A stretch of DNA of 64,000 nucleotides, from the NCBI GenBank assembly GCA_963801165.1, contig CAWDDT010000004.1, positions 512,001 to 576,000 on the forward strand, given 5' to 3'. Position 1 is the stretch's first letter, and each line of letters begins with the position of its first letter. The stretch is from an uncultured bacterium (GTDB lineage Bacteria; Actinomycetota; Acidimicrobiia; Spongiisociales; UBA5794). Below are positions 49,237 to 59,023 of this stretch, in pieces. The translations under genes were made by a program, and so were the position numbers. Below the pieces are notes generated by a model, which searched no databases, had not been told where the DNA came from, and saw nothing but the letters and a program-made list of their open reading frames with translations.

Positions 49237-49750
49237 TCGACAAATAGTCGCCGTCCAGATCGAGAGAGAGCCGCGATCGCCCGTTGATGTCGTGGTTCGT
49301 TGTCCCCTCGGTCTACCCGTCGTCATCAAGGTTCCCCCGCATCTCGACGACGGGACACCGTTCCCCACTACCTACTGGCTGACATGCCCGCTGGCCGATC
49401 TCCGGATCGGGCGTCTCGAGGGTGGCGGCGGGGTCAAGGAGGCCGAGGCGCGCATCGAACGCGATTCCGATTTCCAAGCGGCTTATGTGCAGGCGATGGA
49501 GCGATACGCTGCGGACCGCGATGCCCTGGTGGCGCCGTATGCCCCTGCGCACAGACCGACCGGTGGCGTCGGCGGCTCCCGAGGCGGGGTCAAGTGTCTC
49601 CACGCCCATTACGCCGACCACGCGGCAGGAAACCAGAACCCGGTGGGGGCAATGACCGCGGGGGGCGTCGAGCCGTTGGACTGTGTCGTCGAATGCGTCG
49701 TGGAGATCGAGTTCGTCGCCGTCCGCAACCCCAATTGGAGCGAACCGTGA
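49229..49750 (+). CDS. DUF501 domain protein
   Basis: GTPFPT.YWLTCP, LE..G, GG....VKCLH.H; between ftsB and ppx. Confidence 0.9.
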   Translation: MDDRQIVAVQIEREPRSPVDVVVRCPLGLPVVIKVPPHLDDGTPFPTTYWLTCPLADLRIGRLEGGGGVKEAEARIERDSDFQAAYVQAMERYAADRDALVAPYAPAHRPTGGVGGSRGGVKCLHAHYADHAAGNQNPVGAMTAGGVEPLDCVVECVVEIEFVAVRNPNWSEP

Positions 49751-50673
49751 GGGTGGCCGCGGTCGACATCGGAACCAACACAGTCCGACTGCTGGTGGCC
49801 GATGCCGTCTCGACCGAAGGCGGGGTCGTGCTGCAACGCACGGAGCGTTACGAGGTCATCACCAAGCTCGGCGAGGGTTTGGATGCAACAGGACGCCTGG
49901 GCCGCGAGCCGATGACCAGGGCTCTCGCCAGCTTGAAACACTACGCCACGATCATGCAAGCTGCTGGTGTCGATGCCGCCGCCGGTGTCGCCACCGCGGC
50001 CACCAGGAGCGCGGCCAATGGAGCAGAGTTTGCCGGCCGGATCGCCGAGGCACTTGGTTTCGCCCCGCGGGTCATCGACGGTGTCGAGGAGGCTCGCCTC
50101 ACATTTCTGGGGGCAACCTCGCATCTCAACATGACGGCTGTCTGCTGTGTGATCGACGTTGGCGGTGGCAGCACCGAGTTCGTTATCGGCCACCAGCATC
50201 CCGAGTATGCGGTGAGTATCGACATCGGATCGGTACGACTCACCGAGAGGATCGGTGCGCTTGGTCTGGCCACACCCGCAGAGATCCGCGACTACGTAGA
50301 TGGGCTCTTTGCGGAGGTCACGCCGCCCGCGGCTCCGACGCTCGTTCTCGGCTGTGGTGGCACGTTCACCACACTTGCGGCCGTCGCCCTTGACAAGGTT
50401 CCTCATGATGTTGAGCGGCGCGATGACATCACGCTCACGAAGGACGCGGTGTCGGGGGTGGTTGACCGTCTGCTGGGTATGAGCGTGGACGAGATATCGA
50501 ATCTCCCCTCGGTTGCTTCCGGGCGGGCGGAGGTGCTGCAGGCAGGCGTCATCTGCGCCGAACGTGCCGTTGTCCGGGTGGGCGCACCATCGATACGGAT
50601 ATCGATAAACGACATTCTCGACGGGGTGGCGATCGAGCTCTGCGCCGCAGCGACCGGTCGGGGCGCTACATGA
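49747..50673 (+). CDS. ppx: Ppx/GppA family exopolyphosphatase
   Basis: DIGTNTVRL, ATAATR, G.EEARL, DVGGGSTE, IGSVRLTE. Confidence 0.93.
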   Translation: MRVAAVDIGTNTVRLLVADAVSTEGGVVLQRTERYEVITKLGEGLDATGRLGREPMTRALASLKHYATIMQAAGVDAAAGVATAATRSAANGAEFAGRIAEALGFAPRVIDGVEEARLTFLGATSHLNMTAVCCVIDVGGGSTEFVIGHQHPEYAVSIDIGSVRLTERIGALGLATPAEIRDYVDGLFAEVTPPAAPTLVLGCGGTFTTLAAVALDKVPHDVERRDDITLTKDAVSGVVDRLLGMSVDEISNLPSVASGRAEVLQAGVICAERAVVRVGAPSIRISINDILDGVAIELCAAATGRGAT

Positions 50674-52173
50674 CGATAAGCGCATCGCTTGCCATTGATC
50701 CGGGGTCGGTGATCGCTCCGGTCAATCCGCGCCTCTTTCGGATCGTTTGTCGAGCACATGGGTCGCTGCGTCTATACGGGGATCAGCGAGCCCGGTCACC
50801 CTGCCGCCGACGAGGACGGCCTCCGTTCTGACGTGCTCGAGCTCGTTCGTGGGCTCGGCGTCACGATCGTTCGCTATCCGGGTGGCAACTTCGTCTCGGG
50901 ATATCGGTGGGAGGATGGAGTCGGACCAAAGCCGGATCGCCCGACCCGACTCGACACGGCCTGGAGGACGATCGAGCCGAACACATTCGGGCTCGACGAG
51001 TTCGCCAGGTGGGCCGCCCGGGCACAAGTCGACATCATGATGACGCTCAATCTGGGAACCCGTGGCGTGGCGGAGGCACTCGACCTCCTCGAGTATGCCA
51101 ATCACATCTCTGGAACTCAGCTATCCGATCTGCGGAGAAGCCACGGTCGCCAGTCTCCCTACGGTATTCGCACGTGGTGTCTCGGCAACGAGATGGACGG
51201 GCCATGGCAGCTTGGCCACAAGACCGCAGATGAGTATGGACGGCTTGCCGCGGAGACAGCGCGGGCGATGCGGATGCTCAACCCCGATCTCGAGCTCGTG
51301 CTGTGCGGGAGCTCCGCGTCGACCATGCCCACGTTTGGCGACTGGGAGGAGGTGGCCCTCGGCCACGCCTATGAGCTAGTCGACATGATCTCCGCACACG
51401 CCTATTACGACCCTGAGGCGATGAGCGTCGAGAGCTTCCTGGGAAGCGCCGTTGATCTGGATCGATACCTCGGGAAGGTCATAGCGATTGCCGATCGCGT
51501 CGGTGACCGTATCGGTTCGAAGAAGCGCCTGAGTCTGTCCCTCGATGAGTGGAATGTCTGGTACTTCCAGCGCCACATGGAAGAGGGTCCGCCGCCGGGG
51601 TGGCGTGAGGCGCCTCGGATCTCAGAAGACAACTACACCGTTACCGACGCTGTCGTCGTCGGGTCGCTGCTGATGACGTTGTTGCGTCGCTCAGACCGCG
51701 TCGGCATAGCCTGCCTGGCGCAGCTGGTGAACTCACTCGGCGTCATCCGCACCGAGCCAGGCGGTCCGGCGTGGCGCCAGGCCATTTATCACCCGTTTGC
51801 ACTCACGGCGGCCAACTCCGTCGGGTGGGTGCTGGCTACCACCGTCGATGGACCTGGATACGCTACCGGCGAGTATGGCGAAGTACCCGTCATCGACGCC
51901 GTCGTCACACACGACGCTGTGGCGGGGAACCTGTCGATCTTTGCGGTGAATCGGGCAACTACATCGGTTGGGAAGCTGAGAGTCGACCTGGGCGAACTCG
52001 ACGGTTACCAGGTGCGTGAGCATGTCACTGTCGCCGACGACGATCTCGGCGCAGCCAACACCGAGCGCGAGCCGGATCGGGTCGCGCCTCGTCCGGGGAT
52101 TCATGTCCGTGACGGTCGCCAGCTTTGTCTCGAGCTTGCTCCCGCTTCGTGGAGCTTTGCCCGGCTGGCATAG
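50670..52173 (+). CDS. abfA: GH51 alpha-L-arabinofuranosidase; apparent +1 frameshift near 50737
   Basis: PRLF/GSFVEHMGR, RYPGGNF, WCLGNEMDGPWQ, DEWNVW, AQLVN; N-terminal 23 codons lie in another frame. Confidence 0.9.
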
Positions 52174-52186
52174 CGCGGATTGCTTT

Positions 52187-52253
52187 TTGACACCTCGTTT
52201 TGTGGGCGGTTATCATTGAAAACGTTATCGACACCGTTATCGACAACGTTCTC
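52187..52253 (+). promoter_or_regulatory. Sigma-A promoter followed by three tandem LacI-type operators
   Basis: TTGACA(52187)-18 bp-TATCAT(52211); GAAAACGTTATC, GACACCGTTATC, GACAACGTTCTC at 52218, 52230, 52242. Confidence 0.8.
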
Positions 52254-52292
52254 GACGGGTCCGGGGACAGGCTTCCCGCCCGATCGACCAAG

Positions 52293-53366
52293 GTGACGAT
52301 CGAAGACGTCGCTGTTGCGGCACGCGTTTCAATAGCGACGGTCTCCCGAGTCATCAACGCCCGCTATGGCGTTGCCCCGGCCACCGAAGCGCGGGTCAGA
52401 GCTGTGATCGCCGATCTGGGGTACGAATCCAGCCTCGTCGCCCGATCGTTGCGAAGTCACCGCACCAACGTGCTCGGTGTAGTCGTCAGCGATCTCGAGC
52501 CCTTTAGCGCCGAGCTGCTCAAGGGAGCGGCGCGTTTCATTCGCGGTACTCACTACGAGCTGATCGTCTACTCAGGCGCCGGCCACGTCGGCTACGAACC
52601 CGGCTGGGAAGCCCGATACCTGGCTCGCCTCAGCGGTACCCTCGCCGACGGTGTCCTGCTCGTGACCCCGACCGTTGTCGACGTACCTCACAGCTCGCCG
52701 GTTGTTGCAGTCGATCCTCACCTCGGACCGACCAACCTGCCAACGGTTGACTCGCAAAACTTCGAGGGTGGCGTGAAGGCGACGCGGCATCTTCTAGATC
52801 TGGGTCATAGCCGTATCGGGTTCATCACCGGCCGCACCGATCTCGAGTCGGCCCGGCTGCGCGAACAGGGATATCGAGCCGCGCTGGAGAACGCCGGTGT
52901 CGAGTTCGACCCGCAGCTCGTCAAGGTAGGGCGGTACACGGCCGAGTCGGCGGAGACCCCCGCCAATGAGCTGCTCACCCAGGACGATCCTCCAACCGCC
53001 ATCTTTGCGGCGAACGACGTCATGGCTATTCGTGCGATGGAGGTCGCTTCCGGTCATGGTCTTCGCGTACCGGACGACATCTCGATAGTCGGGTACGACA
53101 ACATCCCCGAGTCCGCACTTGCCGAACCGTCGCTCACCACGATCGATCAGTCCATAGCGCAGATGGGATACGAGGCGGCCAGGCTACTCGTGGATCTCAT
53201 CGCCGATCCGGACCAGGAGCCGCAACATGTGAGCTTGCCGGTCCACCTTGTAGAACGACAGACATGCCGTGCGATCGGACCGGCTGTCACCTCGGATACG
53301 GAAAGAAGCAGACCATCGCCCGCACCGCAAACAGCGGTATCTGCGGGCTCAGACGGAAACGAATAA
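52293..53366 (+). CDS. LacI family transcriptional regulator (start uncertain)
   Basis: TIEDVA..A.VS.ATVSRVIN HTH, AIFAAND, VPDDISIVGYD, LTTI.Q. Confidence 0.95.
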   Translation: MTIEDVAVAARVSIATVSRVINARYGVAPATEARVRAVIADLGYESSLVARSLRSHRTNVLGVVVSDLEPFSAELLKGAARFIRGTHYELIVYSGAGHVGYEPGWEARYLARLSGTLADGVLLVTPTVVDVPHSSPVVAVDPHLGPTNLPTVDSQNFEGGVKATRHLLDLGHSRIGFITGRTDLESARLREQGYRAALENAGVEFDPQLVKVGRYTAESAETPANELLTQDDPPTAIFAANDVMAIRAMEVASGHGLRVPDDISIVGYDNIPESALAEPSLTTIDQSIAQMGYEAARLLVDLIADPDQEPQHVSLPVHLVERQTCRAIGPAVTSDTERSRPSPAPQTAVSAGSDGNE

Positions 53367-53377
53367 GGAGGAGGCAA

Positions 53378-54766
53378 GTGAAGACCGTAACAAAACGGTT
53401 GCTCGTGCTGTTGGCGGCTCTCGTCGTTCTTATGGCGGCCTGTGGAGACAGCAGCGGAGGAGACACCACAGCAGCACCGGGCACTACGGCGGCGCCGGGC
53501 ACCACAGCAGCACCGGGCACCACGGCGGCGCCGGGTACCACAGCGGCACCCGACACCACCGAGGCGATGGAACCGGTGACTATACAGTGGTGGCACATCC
53601 AAAACGAGGAGCCGATGCTCAGCCTGTGGCAGGACATGGCCGATGAGTACATGGCTCTGCACCCCAACGTGACCATCGAGATCACGGTGATGGAGAACGA
53701 GGCGTTCAAGTCGGCGCTGCAGGCAAACATGCAGGCTGGTGATGTGCCAGATCTGTTCCAGTCATGGGGCGGTGGCGGATTGCGAGCCCAGGTCGAGGCT
53801 GGTCTTGTTCGAGACATCACGGATCTATCGGCCCCCTGGATTGACACCATCAACCCGGGTGCGCTCCCGATATGGCAGGTCGATGGACGCCAATACGGCA
53901 TCCCCTACAACCTGGGCATGGTCGGTATGTGGTACAACAAGGCGCTCTTTGAACAGGCCGGCGTCTCGGCCCCGATTGCTACGTGGGATGACTTGCTCGC
54001 GGCAGTTGATTCCCTCCAGGCGGCCGGCGTGACGCCGATCGCTGTTGGTGCTGGTGACAAGTGGCCGGCCCACTTCTGGTATTCGTATCTCCTGGTTCGC
54101 TACCTGGGCCAGGCGGGTATGGACCAGCTCGCCAAGGATGGGAACTTCAACGCACCGGGTGCGCTGCAAGCATGCGAGACGATGAAGCAGCTGATCGACA
54201 AACAGCCTTTCCAGGATGGGTTCCTGGCTGCGACCTGGACGGGTCCCGACAGCGAGGCCGCCGTGATGGGGACGGGGGCGGCTGCCTTCGATCTCATGGG
54301 TCAATGGGCTGCGAACTCGTTCAAGGAGAGCGCCCCCGAGGGTGCGCTGGTCGCTGCGGGCGACAATCTCGGATGGTTCCCCTTCCCCGCCGTTGATGGC
54401 GGTGCCGGCGGTCCGAAGGACGGCTTCGGTGGCGGCGACGGCTTTGCCGTCGGCAAGGATGCACCGGATGAGGCGGTCGACTTCCTGGCGTTCATCAGCT
54501 CACTCGACAACGCAAAGCGGGTTGGTGCTACCGGTACGTCGCTTCCTGTGACGATCGGCTCCGAGAGCTCGGTCGCGGATCCGAACAACCAGCTGGTGCT
54601 GGCCGGCATGTCGGAGGCGCCGTTCATCCAGCTGTATCTGGACCAGTTCTTCTCGCCGGCGGTTGGCGCGGCTGTGAACGATGCGGTCCAGACGGTGTTT
54701 GCGGGTACGGCGACGTGTGACCAAATGTCGACCGCAATCTCCGAGGCGTGGGCAGCAGACCAGTAA
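53378..54766 (+). CDS. Sugar ABC transporter substrate-binding lipoprotein
   Basis: AAGGAGGAGG RBS, AACG lipobox, PDLFQSWGG, YNK.LF, MGQW. Confidence 0.93.
   Translation: MKTVTKRLLVLLAALVVLMAACGDSSGGDTTAAPGTTAAPGTTAAPGTTAAPGTTAAPDTTEAMEPVTIQWWHIQNEEPMLSLWQDMADEYMALHPNVTIEITVMENEAFKSALQANMQAGDVPDLFQSWGGGGLRAQVEAGLVRDITDLSAPWIDTINPGALPIWQVDGRQYGIPYNLGMVGMWYNKALFEQAGVSAPIATWDDLLAAVDSLQAAGVTPIAVGAGDKWPAHFWYSYLLVRYLGQAGMDQLAKDGNFNAPGALQACETMKQLIDKQPFQDGFLAATWTGPDSEAAVMGTGAAAFDLMGQWAANSFKESAPEGALVAAGDNLGWFPFPAVDGGAGGPKDGFGGGDGFAVGKDAPDEAVDFLAFISSLDNAKRVGATGTSLPVTIGSESSVADPNNQLVLAGMSEAPFIQLYLDQFFSPAVGAAVNDAVQTVFAGTATCDQMSTAISEAWAADQ
53465..53554 (+). repeat. Five 18-bp tandem repeats encoding TTAAPG linker
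   Basis: ACCACAGCAGCACCGGGC alternating with AC(T/C)ACGGCGGCGCCGGG(C/T). Confidence 0.9.
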
Positions 54767-54842
54767 GCAGGGATCAGGAGCCCCTTCGCGGAGGGCTCGT
54801 CTTCGGGCGAGCCCTCCGTCCTCCCATGATGGCGATGCAACC

Positions 54843-55799
54843 GTGACGACCCATGAGGACAACCGCATCAAGACCGCCGGCTCTCGTAGGCGGCGAGGGC
54901 CCGCCGGTGGCCGTGGCACCGCGCCCTGGCTGATCATCGTCGCGTTCCTCATTCCTGCGTTGGTGCTGTACGCGGTCTTCGTGATCTACCCCATCACCCA
55001 GAGCGCGCGTTACAGCGTTTTCAATTGGAACGGTCTCGAGCCCCTCACCAAGTTCGTAGGGATGGACAACTTCCGGACGGCGTTTGGCGATCCGATCTTC
55101 CTCGGGGCGATGCGGCACAACGCGATCATCATCGTTCTGTCGCTGCTCGTTCAGATACCGTTCTCTCTTCTTGTTGCTGTGATGCTCAACCAGCGACTGC
55201 GGGGCCGCGCGATGCTCCGTATGTTCTTCTTTGCCCCTTACATCATGTCAGAGGTTGTAACCGGTGTGGTGTTCCGGCAGATCCTCCGCCCCGGCGGCTT
55301 CGCCGATCACGCGCTCGCCGCGGCGGGAGGACAGAGCCTCATCCAGACATGGCTCGGTAACCCCAGCATCGTTCTGTACACGCTCTTTTTCGTTATCACC
55401 TGGAAATACTTCGGGTTCCACATGATCCTGCTCCTCGCGGGCCTGCAGCTGATTCCCCATGAGCTCGACGAGGCGGCATCGATTGATGGCGCTTCCTTCT
55501 GGCAGCGGTTCCGGTATGTGACGCTCCCTCTCGTCGGTCCCACGCTGCGGGTGTCCGTCTTCCTGTCGATCATCGGTTCCTTGCAGCTCTTCGACCTCGT
55601 GTGGGTGATGACGAAGGGTGGTCCGGTCAACGCGTCCTCGACTATGGCAACGTATCTGGTCGACTGGGGCTTTCGGCGTAGTGAGTTCGGGTACGCCAGC
55701 GCGGTATCCGTCATCATCTTCGGGGTGTCACTCGTCGTCGCTCTCCTCTACAACCGCTTCGTGCTGAGCCGAGACCTCGAAGGGGCGGTGACCGGATGA
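54843..55799 (+). CDS. Carbohydrate ABC transporter permease 1
   Basis: FVG.DNF, EAASIDGA, T.GGP, GYASA. Confidence 0.93.
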   Translation: MTTHEDNRIKTAGSRRRRGPAGGRGTAPWLIIVAFLIPALVLYAVFVIYPITQSARYSVFNWNGLEPLTKFVGMDNFRTAFGDPIFLGAMRHNAIIIVLSLLVQIPFSLLVAVMLNQRLRGRAMLRMFFFAPYIMSEVVTGVVFRQILRPGGFADHALAAAGGQSLIQTWLGNPSIVLYTLFFVITWKYFGFHMILLLAGLQLIPHELDEAASIDGASFWQRFRYVTLPLVGPTLRVSVFLSIIGSLQLFDLVWVMTKGGPVNASSTMATYLVDWGFRRSEFGYASAVSVIIFGVSLVVALLYNRFVLSRDLEGAVTG

Positions 55800-56659
55800 A
55801 CTCGGCGACTGCAATAGGCGGCAAGTCTTCCCGAGTGCGGTTCGTTGTCGGTCGGGTCTTGCTCTATGCGGGGGCCTACGTTGTACTCGCCGTCATCGTC
55901 ATCCCCGTGCTGTTCACGGTCCTTGGCGGATTTCGAAGCACCGGTCAGATTTCAGCCAACCCGGTTGGCCTGCCCAATCCGTGGGTGTTCAAGAATTACG
56001 CGGATACGTTGACCAACTCTGCCTTCTGGCGGCAGATGCTCAACAGCGCTGTCATCGCGCTTCTCACCACCGCTTTCGTGCTGCCGACCGCTTCGCTTGC
56101 GGCCTTTGTGATAGCTCGCTTCCGTTTCCGTGGCAGGGAGGCCATGTACACGCTATTTACGCTGGGTCTCCTGTTCCCCGTGGCGGTGGCGATAATCCCG
56201 CTGTTCATCGTGCTGCGACAGCTGGGCATGCTCAACAACCCACTCGGTGTGGCCCTCGCCCAAGCCGCGTTTGCGTTGCCCCTTTCGATTGTGATCCTCC
56301 GTCCGTTCTTCCGGAGCATCCCGCGTGACCTCGAGGATGCCGCCGCGATTGACGGTTGCACCAGTTTCCGGTTCTATTGGTCGGTGATCCTGCCGCTCTC
56401 GAGACCGGCACTGGCTACTGTTTCCATCCTGGCAATCGTGACGAGCTGGAACGCCTTCCTGTTGCCGCTCCTAGTACTGATTCAGCCCGACCAATGGACT
56501 CTCCCGATTGGCGTCAACAACATCTCGGCCCAATACACATTCGATACTGCGCGAGTGCTGGCTTACACAACGCTCTCGCTGATCCCGGCGTTTTTGTTCT
56601 ACCTGCTGGCGGAGCGCCAGATCGTCAGGGGTCTCACCGCGGGATCGGTGAAAGGATGA
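55796..56659 (+). CDS. Carbohydrate ABC transporter permease 2
   Basis: NY, ARFRFRG, EDAAAIDG, WN.FL.P, GL..GSVKG. Confidence 0.93.
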   Translation: MNSATAIGGKSSRVRFVVGRVLLYAGAYVVLAVIVIPVLFTVLGGFRSTGQISANPVGLPNPWVFKNYADTLTNSAFWRQMLNSAVIALLTTAFVLPTASLAAFVIARFRFRGREAMYTLFTLGLLFPVAVAIIPLFIVLRQLGMLNNPLGVALAQAAFALPLSIVILRPFFRSIPRDLEDAAAIDGCTSFRFYWSVILPLSRPALATVSILAIVTSWNAFLLPLLVLIQPDQWTLPIGVNNISAQYTFDTARVLAYTTLSLIPAFLFYLLAERQIVRGLTAGSVKG

Positions 56660-59013
56660 CCATGCCCGGTGAGGAATTCCCCTTTGCGGATCCAGCGCTG
56701 ACAGTCGACGAGCGGATCGACGATCTCCTGGGTCGGATGACTCTAGAGGAGAAGCTGGCACAGCTCGGCAGCGCCTGGGTGTTCGAGCTCGTCGAGAACG
56801 GAGAGCTGCGTGAGGATTGGGCGTCGGAGAAGCTTCGAGTCGGTCTCGGTCAGGTCACCCGCATCTCGGGGGCGAGCAGCCTGGGCGCCGGCGATGCCGC
56901 ACAAGTCGCCAATGCCATCCAGCGCTTTCTCGTAAAGGAAACCAGGCTCGGGATTCCGGCGATCGTCCATGAGGAGATCAACTCGGGTCTCATGGCGAAG
57001 GACGCAACAGTCTTTCCCCAATCCATCGGTGTTGCCAGCAGCTGGGAACCAGATCTCGTTCGTGCCATGGCCGACATTATCCGCCGTCAAATGAGAGAGG
57101 TGGGGGCCCATCAGGGTCTGTCGCCGGTGCTCGACGTCTGTCGGGATCCCCGTTGGGGTCGTACCGAGGAGACCTATGGGGAGGATCCCTATCTCGTGGC
57201 GCGCATGGGAGCCGCATTCGTGCGAGGTCTGCAGGGCGACGAACTCTCCGATGGTGTGATCGCGACGGCGAAGCACTTCGTCGGCTACTCAGCCTCGGAA
57301 GGCGGTCTGAACTGGGCACCGGCCCACATTGGGTCGGCCGAATTGAAGGAGGTCTACCTGCACCCTTTCGAGGCCGCGGTGCGTACGGCAGGTTTGTGGA
57401 GCGTCATGAACGCATACAACGAGCTGGATGGGCTGCCCGCCGCAGCAGACGCCTCCCTATTGGGAACCATCCTTCGTGACGACTGGGGCTTCGGTGGTTT
57501 CGTAGTGTCCGATTACTTTTCCGTTCGGCAGCTCGCTGAGTACCACCGAATCGCAGGCGACGTCTCCCATGCGGCGACCATGGCTTTGACCGCCGGCATC
57601 GACGTGGAGCTGCCGGGCACCGACTGCTACGGAACGCCGCTGTTGAAAGCCCTCAAGGAGGGAGCGCTGGCGTTGTCGGACATCGACGCGGCGGTGGTCC
57701 GGGTGCTGCGTGCCAAGTTCGAGCTTGGTCTCTTCGAGCACCCGTTCGTCGATCTCGGCACGGCCGCTGTTGCGATGGACACGGCGTCGGAGAGGGAGCT
57801 GGCGGCGGTGCTGGCGAGAAAGAGCATCGTCCTGCTCACCAACGACGGCATCCTGCCCATAGCCGCCGGCACCAGGTCAGTCGGCGTAATCGGACCCAAC
57901 GCTCACGTGGCCAGAAACCTGTTCGGCGACTACTCGTACCTCGCCCACATGGAGTCTCTCGTCGAGATGCAACATGTGGATAATGTGTTCGCCATCCCGC
58001 TTCCGGACAAGTACGAGATAGCCGCCACCGGAGCCACTGCTCCCTCAGTCCTCGATGCTCTCCGCGATCGCTTTGGCGCCGGCGTCGAATATGCCCGGGG
58101 ATGCGCCGTTATGAGTGAATCGACCGATGGCTTCGCCGATGCGGTCGCCCTAGCCGCCCGCTCCGATGTCGCCGTGATGGTTATGGGTGACAAAGCGGGC
58201 CTCACCAGCGACTGCACGAGCGGAGAGTCACGCGACCGCGCTTCGCTCGATCTGCCCGGGGTGCAGGAAGACCTGGTTCGTGCAGTAGTTGCCACCGGCA
58301 CGCCGGTGGTGGTGGTGCTCGTGGCCGGCCGGCCCTGCGGAAGTGCCTGGCTGCACGAGCATTGCGCCGCAGTGGTAATGGCGTGGCTTCCGGGTCAAGA
58401 GGGGGCAGGCGCCATTGCCGATGTGCTTTGCGGCGCAGTCAATCCCGGCGGCAAGCTTCCGGTCTCGTACCCGCGGTCTGTTGGACAGATACCGGTGATA
58501 TACGGTCACAAGATCTCGGGAGGGAGGTCTCACTGGAAGGGCGACTACGTTGATCTGCCGTCGAGCCCGCTCTATCCGTTCGGCCATGGGCTCAGCTATA
58601 CGTCATTCTCCATCGGCGAGACCCTGCTCAAGCAGGAGAGGCTCACTTCAGCCGACGTCGCCACGATTGAAGCGTGCGTTACCAACACGGGATCGGTGGC
58701 CGGTGACGAGGTGGTTCAGCTCTATATTCGTGATGCTGAGGCGGCGCTGACCCGTCCCGTGCTGGAGCTGAAGAACTTCATCCGAGTCGTGCTGCAGCCG
58801 GGGGAGTCCAAGAACCTGTCTTTCCGGCTTCCCATCGCCCAGCTCGGGTATTACGACCGGGAGGGCTCGTACGTAGTGGAGCCCGGCACGGTCGAGGTGT
58901 TCCTGGGTAGCTCCTCGGCGAATCTGATCGAGGCCGGTACGTTGACGATCATCCCCGGCGACGGGCAAACGAATGTGGTCAAGGTGTTCGATGGAGCCGT
59001 GACGGTGTCTTGA
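56656..59013 (+). CDS. GH3 beta-xylosidase / beta-glucosidase
   Basis: MTLEEK, TRLGIP, DPRWGR.EETYGEDP, KHF, VVSDY, GE..DR, NPGGKLP, YPFGHGLSYT, Fn3-like tail. Confidence 0.94.
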   Translation: MTMPGEEFPFADPALTVDERIDDLLGRMTLEEKLAQLGSAWVFELVENGELREDWASEKLRVGLGQVTRISGASSLGAGDAAQVANAIQRFLVKETRLGIPAIVHEEINSGLMAKDATVFPQSIGVASSWEPDLVRAMADIIRRQMREVGAHQGLSPVLDVCRDPRWGRTEETYGEDPYLVARMGAAFVRGLQGDELSDGVIATAKHFVGYSASEGGLNWAPAHIGSAELKEVYLHPFEAAVRTAGLWSVMNAYNELDGLPAAADASLLGTILRDDWGFGGFVVSDYFSVRQLAEYHRIAGDVSHAATMALTAGIDVELPGTDCYGTPLLKALKEGALALSDIDAAVVRVLRAKFELGLFEHPFVDLGTAAVAMDTASERELAAVLARKSIVLLTNDGILPIAAGTRSVGVIGPNAHVARNLFGDYSYLAHMESLVEMQHVDNVFAIPLPDKYEIAATGATAPSVLDALRDRFGAGVEYARGCAVMSESTDGFADAVALAARSDVAVMVMGDKAGLTSDCTSGESRDRASLDLPGVQEDLVRAVVATGTPVVVVLVAGRPCGSAWLHEHCAAVVMAWLPGQEGAGAIADVLCGAVNPGGKLPVSYPRSVGQIPVIYGHKISGGRSHWKGDYVDLPSSPLYPFGHGLSYTSFSIGETLLKQERLTSADVATIEACVTNTGSVAGDEVVQLYIRDAEAALTRPVLELKNFIRVVLQPGESKNLSFRLPIAQLGYYDREGSYVVEPGTVEVFLGSSSANLIEAGTLTIIPGDGQTNVVKVFDGAVTVS

Positions 59014-59023
59014 GCCGCGGTGG

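Noticed and set aside
52200-52292. N-terminal ENVI-DTVI-DNVL peptide repeat of LacI
   Set aside because: Better explained as tandem DNA operators downstream of a consensus promoter
54777-54822. Hairpins after the binding-protein gene as a separate ncRNA
   Set aside because: Typical intercistronic stabilising stem-loop in sugar ABC operons
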